In this document: positions 37,619 to 47,056 of the stretch, piece after piece
Layout: the number at the start of each line of letters is the position of its first letter
Position numbering within the stretch: the stretch's first letter is position 1
From: an uncultured delta proteobacterium
GTDB taxonomy: Bacteria > Desulfobacterota > Desulfobacteria > Desulfobacterales > JAFDCJ01
Reading direction: 5' to 3'
NCBI GenBank assembly: GCA_963769935.1
Contig: CAVYNY010000018.1
Coordinates: forward strand, 64,001-128,000
Length of the DNA: 64,000 nt
Program-made: the position numbers and the translations under genes
The notes under the pieces: generated by a model
Told to the model about the DNA's origin: nothing
What the model saw: only the letters and a program-made list of their open reading frames with translations
Databases searched by the model: none

Positions 37619-39490
37619 TCAAGATTTTTTTTGCGGCAAGGTAATGGTGAATTCACAGCCGGACCCCTTAAGATTTTTGACGGATATATTGCCTCTGTAT
37701 TTTTTTACGATCCCGTAACTCACGGATAATCCCAGCCCCAGGTTGGCGTCATTGCCCTTCTTGGTGGAATAGAATGGCAGGAAAATATTGTCCGGATTTT
37801 CATCTTCGATTCCGATGCCATCGTCTTTGAAAACAATGCAGGCATAGGGCTTGCCGTCCATCTGGACACTCGAAGTGTGAATGCAAATCTCTCCGCCGCC
37901 AACGGAGGCCTCGAAACTGTTTTTCAACAGATTCAATACCACCTGTTTGATCTCATTCATATTGGCATTCAGATGAATGGGATGCTCGGCCGGGGTATAT
38001 TCAATGCGAATCCTTTTATTTTTGGCGTTGAATCGGATAAGATTAATAATGCTGGCAATCAGGCCGTTTAATTCAAACTCCTCGTTGACCAATTTATTGC
38101 TGTCTGAAAACGAAATCAGGTTGCTGACAATCTGCTTAATATCGGTAAGTTCTTCTTCAATGTTGGCAATGGTTTCATACATTTTTTCTTTGTCGATATG
38201 GAATTTCATAAAATTTAAATGATTATAAATGATCTCCAGGGGGTTGTTGATTTCATGCGCCACCCCGGCGGCCAGAATTCCCACCGAAGCCAGTTTCTCG
38301 GAGAGAATCACCTGCTGGCGCAGCTTTTCCTGTTTGGAGACATCTTCGATGATGGTAATATTGCCGATGAGAAAGGCGCCGTCATATATGGGCAGGATTT
38401 TGATGTTCGTGATGGTCTTATTGGCATTTACAACCATTGGCACATTGTAAAATGTCTTCTCTTTTTTTTCTGAAAAGGCGGATTTGATCAGGTCCAGTGC
38501 GTTTTTACTGCCTTCCGAAAATAATCCGTCCAGAAAGAGATTTCGATAGCCTGCTTTTTCGAGATTGAAATAGGCTTTGCCGTGGTCGTTGATCATTTTA
38601 ATCTTATTTTCATTGTCTGAAACAATGAGGTTGATGGGCAGCTTCTGCAAAATGGCCTCATTGTATCGCAGAAGTTGAATGAAATCCTGGTAGCTTTCGA
38701 TGTCGTCACTTCCGGAAATTTGAGTATAGCACAATTTGATCAGGTTGATTTTGTCAATGTTGTTCACCGAATCGGTTAAAATAATCTCGCCGTTTCGCAG
38801 GATGGTGACCTTATCGGCCAAACCGTAGATATCATCGATGCTGTGCGTGATGCAGAGAATGGATGTCCCTGTTTTCTTCAGTGCGCTTAATATATCGAGA
38901 ATTTTTTCCAGATGCGTTGCCGCCAGCTTTTCAAGCACGGCGTCGAGGATCAGAAGATCAGGTTTGCGGTACACGCTTCTCAGAATATGGATGACCATCC
39001 GGTCGGACAACGGTAAATTGTTAATAATGGCTGCGGGATCGATGTCGAAACCGTAGCCGGACAGCAGGGCACTCGCCTCTTCCTGCATCAGTCGTCTCTT
39101 TTTGATGAGGGGAAACGGATGATAGACTTTATCCGGGATGAGAAGATTTTCAGCGACGGAGAAATAATTAATGAGTTGAATCTCCTGGGAAGCCATCTCG
39201 ATGTTCAATTTACGCGCTTTACGCAGTGTGAAGTGAGGATAGCTTTCGTCTTTGAACAAAAGTTCACCGGAGGCGGGCTTGATCGCGCCGCAGAGGATCA
39301 TCCCCAACGTAGACTTGCCGGAACCGTGATCTCCCACGATGGCGTGAAATTCAGACCGGTGAAGTTCCAGGCTGATGTTTTTCAGAACCTGAATATTATC
39401 CCGGTTAAAATTGATATTCTTCAGCCTTAATAGGGTCGGCGGACTGGAAGGCTGGGATCGACTAACCTGTTCCTGTAAGTGATATTCCAT
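37619..39490 (-). CDS. Hybrid ABC-ATPase-domain / PAS / histidine kinase
   Basis: Walker A GDHGSGKST, Walker B LLILDA, ITH switch; PAS-like ILQKLPINLIVSD; H-box AHEINNPL; N, G1, F, G2 boxes; no TM helix. Confidence 0.9.
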   Translation of the reverse strand: MEYHLQEQVSRSQPSSPPTLLRLKNINFNRDNIQVLKNISLELHRSEFHAIVGDHGSGKSTLGMILCGAIKPASGELLFKDESYPHFTLRKARKLNIEMASQEIQLINYFSVAENLLIPDKVYHPFPLIKKRRLMQEEASALLSGYGFDIDPAAIINNLPLSDRMVIHILRSVYRKPDLLILDAVLEKLAATHLEKILDILSALKKTGTSILCITHSIDDIYGLADKVTILRNGEIILTDSVNNIDKINLIKLCYTQISGSDDIESYQDFIQLLRYNEAILQKLPINLIVSDNENKIKMINDHGKAYFNLEKAGYRNLFLDGLFSEGSKNALDLIKSAFSEKKEKTFYNVPMVVNANKTITNIKILPIYDGAFLIGNITIIEDVSKQEKLRQQVILSEKLASVGILAAGVAHEINNPLEIIYNHLNFMKFHIDKEKMYETIANIEEELTDIKQIVSNLISFSDSNKLVNEEFELNGLIASIINLIRFNAKNKRIRIEYTPAEHPIHLNANMNEIKQVVLNLLKNSFEASVGGGEICIHTSSVQMDGKPYACIVFKDDGIGIEDENPDNIFLPFYSTKKGNDANLGLGLSVSYGIVKKYRGNISVKNLKGSGCEFTITLPQKKS

Positions 39491-40805
39491 ACTTCTTTAA
39501 CTTGTTATACAAGGTTTTCCTGCTGATATCCAACAATCTTGCGGCCTTGCGCTTATTGTAATCGGATTGCTTCAGCATCTTCAAAATCAGCATTTTTTCG
39601 GTTTCTTCCATGATGTTGTATTCGCTTTGTTCTAGCTTCATATCGATAAACGCCGCCGGCAAATCCTCAATTCGAATGTCGCCCGTCGTTGCCATGGTGG
39701 CCGCGTAATTAATGGTATTTTTAAGCTCTCTGATATTACCGGGCCAGTGATAATGACAAAAACGCTTCAACACGTCTTCGGATACCCGCTTGACCATTTT
39801 TGGGTTGTTGTTTGAAATTTGGCTGAGAAAATAATTTACCAGAACAGGAATATCCTCCATGCGCTCCTTGAGCGGGGGAATGTGCAGGGTCGCCGCATTG
39901 ATGCGATAGTATAGATCTTCTCTAAAACGCCCCGCTTCGATAAAGGCTCTAATATCCTTATTGGTGGAAGCGATAAAGCGCACGTCGATGGTGATGTTCT
40001 TGTTGCCGCCGATTCGTCTGATCTCATTGTTTTGAAGGGTTCGAAGTATTTTGGCCTGGGTCGAAGGCGCCATGTCGCCGATTTCATCCAGGTGCAGGGT
40101 GCCTCCATCGGCCCTTTCAAAAATACCGATAAAGGCTGCATCCGCGCCGGTATAGGCACCCTTCTCATGGCCGAACAGCTCGTTGTCCAGCAGCGACTCG
40201 GGAAATGCCGCACAGTTGATGCTGTTGATCTGATATGCGCTGCGTTTTGAGTTGTTGTGGATGAAATTCGCCAGCAGTTCCTTGCCCGTCCCATTTTCCC
40301 CGATGATGAGAATCGGAATATCGGTTTTGGCCAGCCGTTTTGCTTTATTGCACACATCGTTCATTTTCTGGTTGCGCGTGATGATACGATCCGTTAAAGC
40401 GACGATTCTGTTCTTTAAGCGCTGATTTTCATTTTTAAGATCCGCCATCCGAACGGCGTTCTCCACGATTTTCAATATGTTGTTGAAATTTAACGGCTTC
40501 TGCAAGTAATCAAAGGCACCGAGTTTTACGGATTTGACGGCGGTTTCAATGGAGCCGTACCCGGTAATCATGATGACGGGCAGTTTACTATCCCAGGACA
40601 ACAGCCGCTCAAGGACGCTGACGCCGTCTTCTTTGCCCAGCACAATATCCAAAAGAACCACTCCCACCGGGTGTTGCGATAATATGTCAAAGGCCTTGGT
40701 GCTGTTTTCGGCATAATGGCAACGGTATCCGAGTTGATCAAAATTCTGGGCCAGGCTTTTACAGAGTTTGATGTTGTCATCGATGATCAGAATACCCGCT
40801 GCCAT
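39462..40805 (-). CDS. Sigma54-dependent response regulator (REC-AAA+-Fis HTH)
   Basis: IIDD, LLDI, GENGTGKE, LFGHEKGAYTGA, LDEIG, WPGNIREL, SRKTLYNK. Confidence 0.95.
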   Translation of the reverse strand: MAAGILIIDDNIKLCKSLAQNFDQLGYRCHYAENSTKAFDILSQHPVGVVLLDIVLGKEDGVSVLERLLSWDSKLPVIMITGYGSIETAVKSVKLGAFDYLQKPLNFNNILKIVENAVRMADLKNENQRLKNRIVALTDRIITRNQKMNDVCNKAKRLAKTDIPILIIGENGTGKELLANFIHNNSKRSAYQINSINCAAFPESLLDNELFGHEKGAYTGADAAFIGIFERADGGTLHLDEIGDMAPSTQAKILRTLQNNEIRRIGGNKNITIDVRFIASTNKDIRAFIEAGRFREDLYYRINAATLHIPPLKERMEDIPVLVNYFLSQISNNNPKMVKRVSEDVLKRFCHYHWPGNIRELKNTINYAATMATTGDIRIEDLPAAFIDMKLEQSEYNIMEETEKMLILKMLKQSDYNKRKAARLLDISRKTLYNKLKKYGISLTGTG

Positions 40806-40817
40806 GGTGATCGCTCC

Positions 40818-40861
40818 TTACACGTAGTTACACAATGTGTGTAATATTTACACAATGTGTG
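40818..40861. promoter_or_regulatory. Candidate upstream activating sequence
   Basis: TTACACAATGTGTG twice; palindromes TTACACA-ATG-TGTGTAA and TGTGTAA-TAT-TTACACA. Confidence 0.65.
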
Positions 40862-41079
40862 CCCCCAAGTCAACATCATAAAAATCATATTCTCAACTTT
40901 GTTTCCGCCGTGAAAAGGATCGTGCCCCATTGCATGCTTATCGAGTTTACTTCATGGTCTTATCTTTGATCGGTAATAAAATCAAACTATTATGGCATCG
41001 CTTACCGGCAGGACGCCATCCGGTCGCCCGCCTGTTGTTTTCAGTCCATTGCTTTCAAAACCCATCGAAACTCTTAATC

Positions 41080-41095
41080 TGGCACATGGATTGCT
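41080..41095 (+). promoter_or_regulatory. Sigma54 -24/-12 promoter
   Basis: TGGCAC-ATGGA-TTGCT, exact consensus spacing, upstream of sugar operon. Confidence 0.85.
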
Positions 41096-41254
41096 TTTTG
41101 GATACAATAGCCGCGGTGTTGATATCATTATTTTTAAGAGAGGGCGGAACAAAAACACCCTGTCATGCGTCCATTTTGACCTTAACACCCAAGGCGGAAT
41201 TCCCTATATTTCGCCCCTAAAAAAGCGGGGTCTTCTCACCAAAGGAGGGAGGTT

Positions 41255-41893
41255 ATGAAAGAAGCGTGTCGATGGGGATTGGTCCTCGGCATCCTGATGT
41301 CGGTCATCGTGGCAGGGTCGTCATCTGCCCAAGCGAATGCGGGCGCGCTGAAATGCGTCGGAATCTACTCGGAAACCGCGGCGGGACAGATCAGCTACAG
41401 AATCGGGACCGGCGACTGGGTGGTTATCAAGGTTGGGGATGTCATTCCCGCCGACGCACAGATTCGGGTAAACGTGGCCCAGGATTGGATCGAGCTGACG
41501 CCTTCCAACAATCCAGACGCTGTCTACAAAATCAGCGGAAGCAGCGCGGGAGACATCGTCCGGACGGTAGCGGACATACAGACGAACTCGCCGAAGGGGG
41601 TCAGCTTTCCGCAGCCAAGCGGAGGCACGCCGGATCCGAAATTCGCGAACAAACTGGTCGTCACTCAGTACAATTCGCGGCACGTTTATCGTCAGCCCGG
41701 GCAGCGAGGCAGGGACATTCAGTACGGTGATGTTCTGGAGGCCAACGGCACGGTGAGCATCATCGCTATCAACACGACCATCACCCTCATGAAAGCAGAC
41801 GGAACTACGATCAACGTCATTGGACCGCTGACGTTCAGCGTCCAGAAGGCGATTGCGGGCGAGAAGCTCTACAAGTTCTTGAATGCGCCGTGA
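41255..41893 (+). CDS. Secreted hypothetical protein with two beta-rich repeats
   Basis: Signal peptide ending SSAQA; WVVIKVGDVIP / RDIQYGDVLE repeats; strong RBS. Confidence 0.75.
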   Translation: MKEACRWGLVLGILMSVIVAGSSSAQANAGALKCVGIYSETAAGQISYRIGTGDWVVIKVGDVIPADAQIRVNVAQDWIELTPSNNPDAVYKISGSSAGDIVRTVADIQTNSPKGVSFPQPSGGTPDPKFANKLVVTQYNSRHVYRQPGQRGRDIQYGDVLEANGTVSIIAINTTITLMKADGTTINVIGPLTFSVQKAIAGEKLYKFLNAP

Positions 41894-42057
41894 TACCCAC
41901 GGAAAGGAGGTGATGAAGGTCGGGCAAGAGAGAGCCCGGCAATTGGACCGGGCCCATGAGTATGGCCAACATGGTCTTTCTTCGACCGGCATCGCCGGTG
42001 GGGGAAGAAATCATCCACGGAAGATAAAAAGGGATCTATTTAGTTAGGAGGTTATTC

Positions 42058-43098
42058 ATGAAGCCAACAGCAAAAGTGCTTTTAGGGATCGCAATCGTCA
42101 TGCTCGTCCTGGGTGGGATGATGTTTGCAGGCGGGCTGAAGGAAGGCAGTTACGCATGGGGAGCGTCAATGTCGGAGAGCGGATTTCCGGCCATCACGCA
42201 TCGGCCGATTGTGGTCGGCTTCTCGCAGATCGGTTCTGAGAGTGAATGGCGAACAGCCGATACGGCGTCCGTCCAGCAGTCATTCAAGAACGATCCAGAG
42301 ATGAAACTGATCTACTCCGACGCACAGCAGAAGCAGGAGAATCAGATACAGGCGCTGCGGTCATTCGTCGCACGCAAGGTCGACGTTATCCTGTTCACGG
42401 CGCTGGTTGAGACCGGCTACCGCCCGGTTCTCGAGGAGGCAAAGGCCGCTCGCATTCCCGTCATCATGATCGACCGTGATGTCGCAAAGGAGGATCGTGA
42501 CCTGCGGCTCACAATCATGGGCTCAAATTTCGTGAAGGAGGGCGAGAAGGCCGCCACCTGGCTCGCGAACTACCTGAAGCAGCAGGGCAAAGACGATGGT
42601 ACCAAGACCATCAACATCGTCGAGCTCCAGGGGACCACCGGCTCGGCTCCCGCTATCGATCGGTACAACGGTTTCCGCAACATCATGAAAGATCATCCCA
42701 ACTGGACAATCACCCGTTCCCAGACCGGGAACTTCACGAGCTCAGAGGGCAAGGCGGTCATGGAAGCGTTTTTGAAGGCAGACAAAAACATCGACGTGCT
42801 CTATGCCCACAATGACCAGATGGCGCTCGGCGCGATCCAGGCCATTAAAGAAGCGGGATTGAAGCCCGGCAAAGACATCATCATCGTCTCTATTGACGCC
42901 GTCAAGGGAGCGTTCGAAGCTATGGTGAAGGGCGAGCTGAATGCCTCCATCGAGTGCAACCCGCTCCTCGGACCGCAGGCGCTTCAGGCCGTGCACGATC
43001 TGGCCGACGGGATGAAGCTCCCGGAAAGGATCTGGACGATCGAAGGTGTTTTCGATCAAACCAACGCTGCGGCAGCGCTGCCGACGCGTCAGTACTAG
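42058..43098 (+). CDS. Sugar ABC substrate-binding protein, YtfQ (galactofuranose)-like
   Basis: VGFSQIGSESEWRTA, SDAQQKQENQI, ELQGTTGS, HNDQMALGA, ECNPLLGP. Confidence 0.88.
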   Translation: MKPTAKVLLGIAIVMLVLGGMMFAGGLKEGSYAWGASMSESGFPAITHRPIVVGFSQIGSESEWRTADTASVQQSFKNDPEMKLIYSDAQQKQENQIQALRSFVARKVDVILFTALVETGYRPVLEEAKAARIPVIMIDRDVAKEDRDLRLTIMGSNFVKEGEKAATWLANYLKQQGKDDGTKTINIVELQGTTGSAPAIDRYNGFRNIMKDHPNWTITRSQTGNFTSSEGKAVMEAFLKADKNIDVLYAHNDQMALGAIQAIKEAGLKPGKDIIIVSIDAVKGAFEAMVKGELNASIECNPLLGPQALQAVHDLADGMKLPERIWTIEGVFDQTNAAAALPTRQY

Positions 43099-43182
43099 CC
43101 GCATATTTGAGCGACACGCAACCTCTCCGGACCGCTTTGATCCTTCGAAGCGGCCCGGATTCAGGTGAGAGGAGGAAGTGAT

Positions 43183-44715
43183 ATGCCGGGCGGCGCCCCA
43201 ATTTTGGAAATGAAGGGCATTCACAAGTCCTTCCCGGGGGTCAAGGCGCTGTCGGGCGTGGATTTCCGCCTCTTCAAGGGCGAAGTGCACGCCGTCATGG
43301 GCCAGAACGGCGCCGGAAAATCCACCCTGGTAAAGGTAATGACCGGCGTGCACCGGCAGGATTCGGGCGAGCTGCTGCTTGAGGGCCGACCGATCAGGCC
43401 CGATTCTCCGTTGGCGGCGCAGCGGTTGGGAATCAGCACGGTCTATCAGGAAATCAACCTCTGCCCCAACCTATCGGTCGCGGAGAACATCTTCATCGGA
43501 AGGCAGCCGATAAAGCTCGGAAGAATCGACTGGAAAAAGATGAACGCACGGGCCCAGGAGCTCTTGCGTAGGCTAAATATCACCGTCAATGTGACGCAAG
43601 TCTTGTCGTCCTATTCAATCGCAATCCAGCAGATGGTCGCCATCGCCCGAGTGTTGGACATCTCATCGAAGATCCTGATTCTGGACGAGCCAACTTCCAG
43701 CTTGGATGAGAACGAGGTCGGGCTTCTTTTCAGCGTCATCCGCTCCTTGCGCGATGGTGGAATGGCGATTCTGTTCATTACCCACTTCCTCGATCAAACC
43801 TACCAGATTTCGGATCGCATTACGATATTGAAAAACGGAACTTTCGTCGGCGAATATGCGACCCAGAGTCTTCCCAAGCTCGATCTCATATCTAAGATGC
43901 TCGGCAAGGAATTGTCCGAGTTCGACTACGCTTCCAATGGCACACGAAAAAAGCGAAATCTCGCATTGGCTGCAGATGATGCTGTGCCGCTGTTGAGCGT
44001 CAAGGAGCTGGGGTTGCGGGGTTCTGTAACTCCGTTCAGTCTCGATCTGCACAAAGGCGAGGTGCTTGGATTCGCGGGACTGCTGGGCTCGGGCCGGACC
44101 GAGACAGCGCGGCTCATCTTCGGCGTCGAACGTGCGAGCCAGGGCGAGGTCTCCGTGCAAAGCAAGAGGATCGGCCTGAGCAGCCCGAGAAGCGCCATGC
44201 TCGCGGGAATGAGCTTCTGCCCCGAAGACCGAAAGAACGAGGGGATCTTTTCCGAGCTTTCCGTTCGAGAGAACATCATCCTGGCGCTGCAGGGAAGCCG
44301 AGGAATCCTCAAGCATCTCTCAGCCCAGAGACAGCTGGAAATTGCCGACGAGCTGATACGGTCCCTTGGGATCATCACACCGAGCGCAAACAGCGTGGCC
44401 GGCCAACTCAGCGGGGGAAACCAGCAGAAGGTGATGCTCGCGCGGTGGCTCGCTACCCGTCCCATCATCCTTATCCTCGACGAGCCGACGCGAGGAATCG
44501 ATGTCGGCGCCAAGCTGGAAGTCATGGCGCTGATTCTCAAGCTTAGCAACGAGGGAATGGGGGTCATCTTCATCTCGGCAGAATTTGAAGAGGTGCTTCG
44601 CTGCAGCGACCGAATCGCGATTCTGAAAGACCGCGCCAAAATCGCTGAGCTCCAGGGCGACGATATGACGGAGGCAAACATTTTGCGTGTCATCGCGGAG
44701 GAAACACAGGAATGA
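43183..44715 (+). CDS. Sugar ABC ATPase, two NBDs (YtfR-like)
   Basis: GQNGAGKST, LDEPTSSL, LSGGNQQK, DEPTRGIDVGAK. Confidence 0.93.
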   Translation: MPGGAPILEMKGIHKSFPGVKALSGVDFRLFKGEVHAVMGQNGAGKSTLVKVMTGVHRQDSGELLLEGRPIRPDSPLAAQRLGISTVYQEINLCPNLSVAENIFIGRQPIKLGRIDWKKMNARAQELLRRLNITVNVTQVLSSYSIAIQQMVAIARVLDISSKILILDEPTSSLDENEVGLLFSVIRSLRDGGMAILFITHFLDQTYQISDRITILKNGTFVGEYATQSLPKLDLISKMLGKELSEFDYASNGTRKKRNLALAADDAVPLLSVKELGLRGSVTPFSLDLHKGEVLGFAGLLGSGRTETARLIFGVERASQGEVSVQSKRIGLSSPRSAMLAGMSFCPEDRKNEGIFSELSVRENIILALQGSRGILKHLSAQRQLEIADELIRSLGIITPSANSVAGQLSGGNQQKVMLARWLATRPIILILDEPTRGIDVGAKLEVMALILKLSNEGMGVIFISAEFEEVLRCSDRIAILKDRAKIAELQGDDMTEANILRVIAEETQE

Positions 44716-45761
44716 CATCGTTCCATCCCATACGTTCCGTATTCGCAGCACGGGATGCAAGCAAAAGCATGATCCTATGGTCCCTCGTAGCCCTGGGCTG
44801 CCTCTTCCTGTTCAACCTGTTTTTTACCCCTCACTTCTTCAGCCTCGAGATCAAAGAGGGACACCTATACGGCAACCTTATTGATATTCTAAAGAACGGC
44901 GCGCCGATCATGTTGCTTGCCATCGGGATGACACTTGTCATCGCCACTCGCGGCATCGATATCTCCGTGGGCTCTGTGGTCGCGATTTCCGCAGGTACCG
45001 TTGCAATTTTGCTCGGTGGTGATCTGGCGGGGCATGCAAAGACCCCCCTTGCGATCGCAATGGGCGCTGCTCTATTGATCTCGATTGCCGCCGGAGCGTG
45101 GAATGGGATGCTGGTCTCGCGAATCGGGATGCAGCCCATTATCGCCACGCTGATCTTGTTTGTCGCAGGACGCGGGATCGCAATGGTCTTTACGAATGCA
45201 ATGGTCATCTGGCTCTACGTAAAGCCCTTTGCGCTCCTGGGGCAGGGCTACGTCTTGGGCTTGCCCTTCTCCATCTACATCGTGGGTTTCGTGTTGATCG
45301 TAACGGCGCTCTTTACACGAAGAACAGCGCTCGGCCTCTTCATAGAAGCCGTAGGCATAAACCCTCAGGCTGCCCGCCTTAGCGGCATTAACTCCAAGAA
45401 CATTCTCTTGCTGGTTTACACCTTCAGTGGATTGTGCGCGGGGATATCCGGGTTGATTGTCTGCTCGACCGTCATGAGCGCGGATGGTAACAACGCGGGC
45501 AATCTCTTTGAGCTCGATGCCATTCTCGCCGTTGTGCTGGGCGGCACGTCGCTCAACGGCGGCAAGTTCACGCTCATCGGCAGCATGATCGGCGCTCTCA
45601 TCATCCAGACGCTGACAACCACCATCTATGCATTCAACGTTCCTCCTGAGATTTCCCAGGTGGTCAAGGCGTTAGTTGTCTACGCCGTATGCCTGCTGCA
45701 GTCAGCGGAATTCCGGGGTCGGGTTGCAGGATTGTTCGGCAGAAAGGCGGCTACGGCATGA
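44712..45761 (+). CDS. Sugar ABC permease (YtfT-like)
   Basis: GIDISVGS, QPIIATL, ELDAILAVVLGG. Confidence 0.9.
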   Translation: MTSFHPIRSVFAARDASKSMILWSLVALGCLFLFNLFFTPHFFSLEIKEGHLYGNLIDILKNGAPIMLLAIGMTLVIATRGIDISVGSVVAISAGTVAILLGGDLAGHAKTPLAIAMGAALLISIAAGAWNGMLVSRIGMQPIIATLILFVAGRGIAMVFTNAMVIWLYVKPFALLGQGYVLGLPFSIYIVGFVLIVTALFTRRTALGLFIEAVGINPQAARLSGINSKNILLLVYTFSGLCAGISGLIVCSTVMSADGNNAGNLFELDAILAVVLGGTSLNGGKFTLIGSMIGALIIQTLTTTIYAFNVPPEISQVVKALVVYAVCLLQSAEFRGRVAGLFGRKAATA

Positions 45762-46780
45762 AAAGGAAACCTCTTATTGATCCCCGCAACCTACCGGTTC
45801 TCGTAACCTTGGGGCTGTTCATCGTCATGTTCGGGCTCGGGTCGATTGCATTCACGAATTTCTTCTCGATGCAGAACTTCTTCAACCTCTTTATCAACAA
45901 TGCGTACCTGCTCGCTCTTGCGGTCGGCATGACCTTCGTCATCATATCGGGCGGCATCGATCTTTCGGTCGGCTCCATGCTTGCCCTATCAACGATGGTG
46001 TCGGCGAGCCTTGTTGAAAAGTCGCACATGAGTCCCGCCATCGTAATACCGATCGTCCTCTTGATGGGGGTAGTGTTCGGCCTCTTCATGGGCTACCTCA
46101 TCCAGGCCTTCAACATACCGCCCTTCATCGTTACCTTGGCCGGTCTGTACCTGTTCCGTGGGCTGTGTTACGTGGTCAGTATCGACACGATCGCCTTTAA
46201 AAACGATTTCTACCAAACAGTCGCGCGCACCCGCCTGGCAATTATCGGGGAGAACTTTCTTTCGCCGGGCGCAATTGTCGCGCTCGTTGCCGTCCTTGCA
46301 GGTTTGTTCGTTTCCCGCTATACGAAGTTCGGAAGGACCGTCTACGCAATCGGTGGCAACGAGCAGTCCGCAATTCTCATGGGTCTTCCAGTGGTGCGAA
46401 CGAAAATGGCGATTTACGCGGTGAGCGGCTTCTGCTCGGCGCTGGCCGGAATCATCTTCACCTTCTTCACGCTCTCCGGCTACGCGTTGGACGGAAAGGG
46501 GATGGAGCTAGACGCGATTGCGACCGTTGTCATCGGCGGCACCTTGTTGACCGGCGGGGCGGGCAGCATCTTAGGCTCGCTCTTGGGCGTGCTTGTATAT
46601 GGCACAATTCAGGTGCTCATTGTCTTCCAGGGAACGCTCAATTCCTGGTGGACGCGAATCGTGATCGGCTTCCTCTTTTTCGCGGTCTGCTTTATGCAGC
46701 GTATCTTCGAATCGGCGCGAGGCGCCGCCCCGAGAAGGGCGATCCCGAAAGCGTCGGAAAGCGTTTCTGCCGAAAGATAG
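45758..46780 (+). CDS. Sugar ABC permease (YjfF-like)
   Basis: GGIDLSVGS, GMELDAIATVVIGG, NSWWTRI. Confidence 0.9.
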   Translation: MKRKPLIDPRNLPVLVTLGLFIVMFGLGSIAFTNFFSMQNFFNLFINNAYLLALAVGMTFVIISGGIDLSVGSMLALSTMVSASLVEKSHMSPAIVIPIVLLMGVVFGLFMGYLIQAFNIPPFIVTLAGLYLFRGLCYVVSIDTIAFKNDFYQTVARTRLAIIGENFLSPGAIVALVAVLAGLFVSRYTKFGRTVYAIGGNEQSAILMGLPVVRTKMAIYAVSGFCSALAGIIFTFFTLSGYALDGKGMELDAIATVVIGGTLLTGGAGSILGSLLGVLVYGTIQVLIVFQGTLNSWWTRIVIGFLFFAVCFMQRIFESARGAAPRRAIPKASESVSAER

Positions 46781-46847
46781 CATGGATCTCCCTTCTCCCT
46801 GGGCCGTACCGTCGCAGCGGGACTATTTCCGGATGGACAGTAACTTA

Positions 46848-47011
46848 TACAGAGAAGACCATAATTAAGTAGACATAGAAGATGTCCGGGTCAGCCACCA
46901 TGGTTTTAATAATTTCGAAATGGCATTCGGCGCAGGGTATTCGGTGCACGGTGAAGGTTTGTTTTCGATTTTGAATACATTTATGTCTATTAATTTATGC
47001 TCGGCTTATTA
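46848..47011. mobile_element. ~164-bp MITE-like element, copy 1
   Basis: Colinear with 53344-53506; imperfect TIRs TACAGAGAAG.CCATAATTA / TAATTTATGCTCGGCT. Confidence 0.75.
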
Positions 47012-47056
47012 ATCCCCAATTGGGACTAAATTGGGATTACAGAAAGGAGGAGCGCA

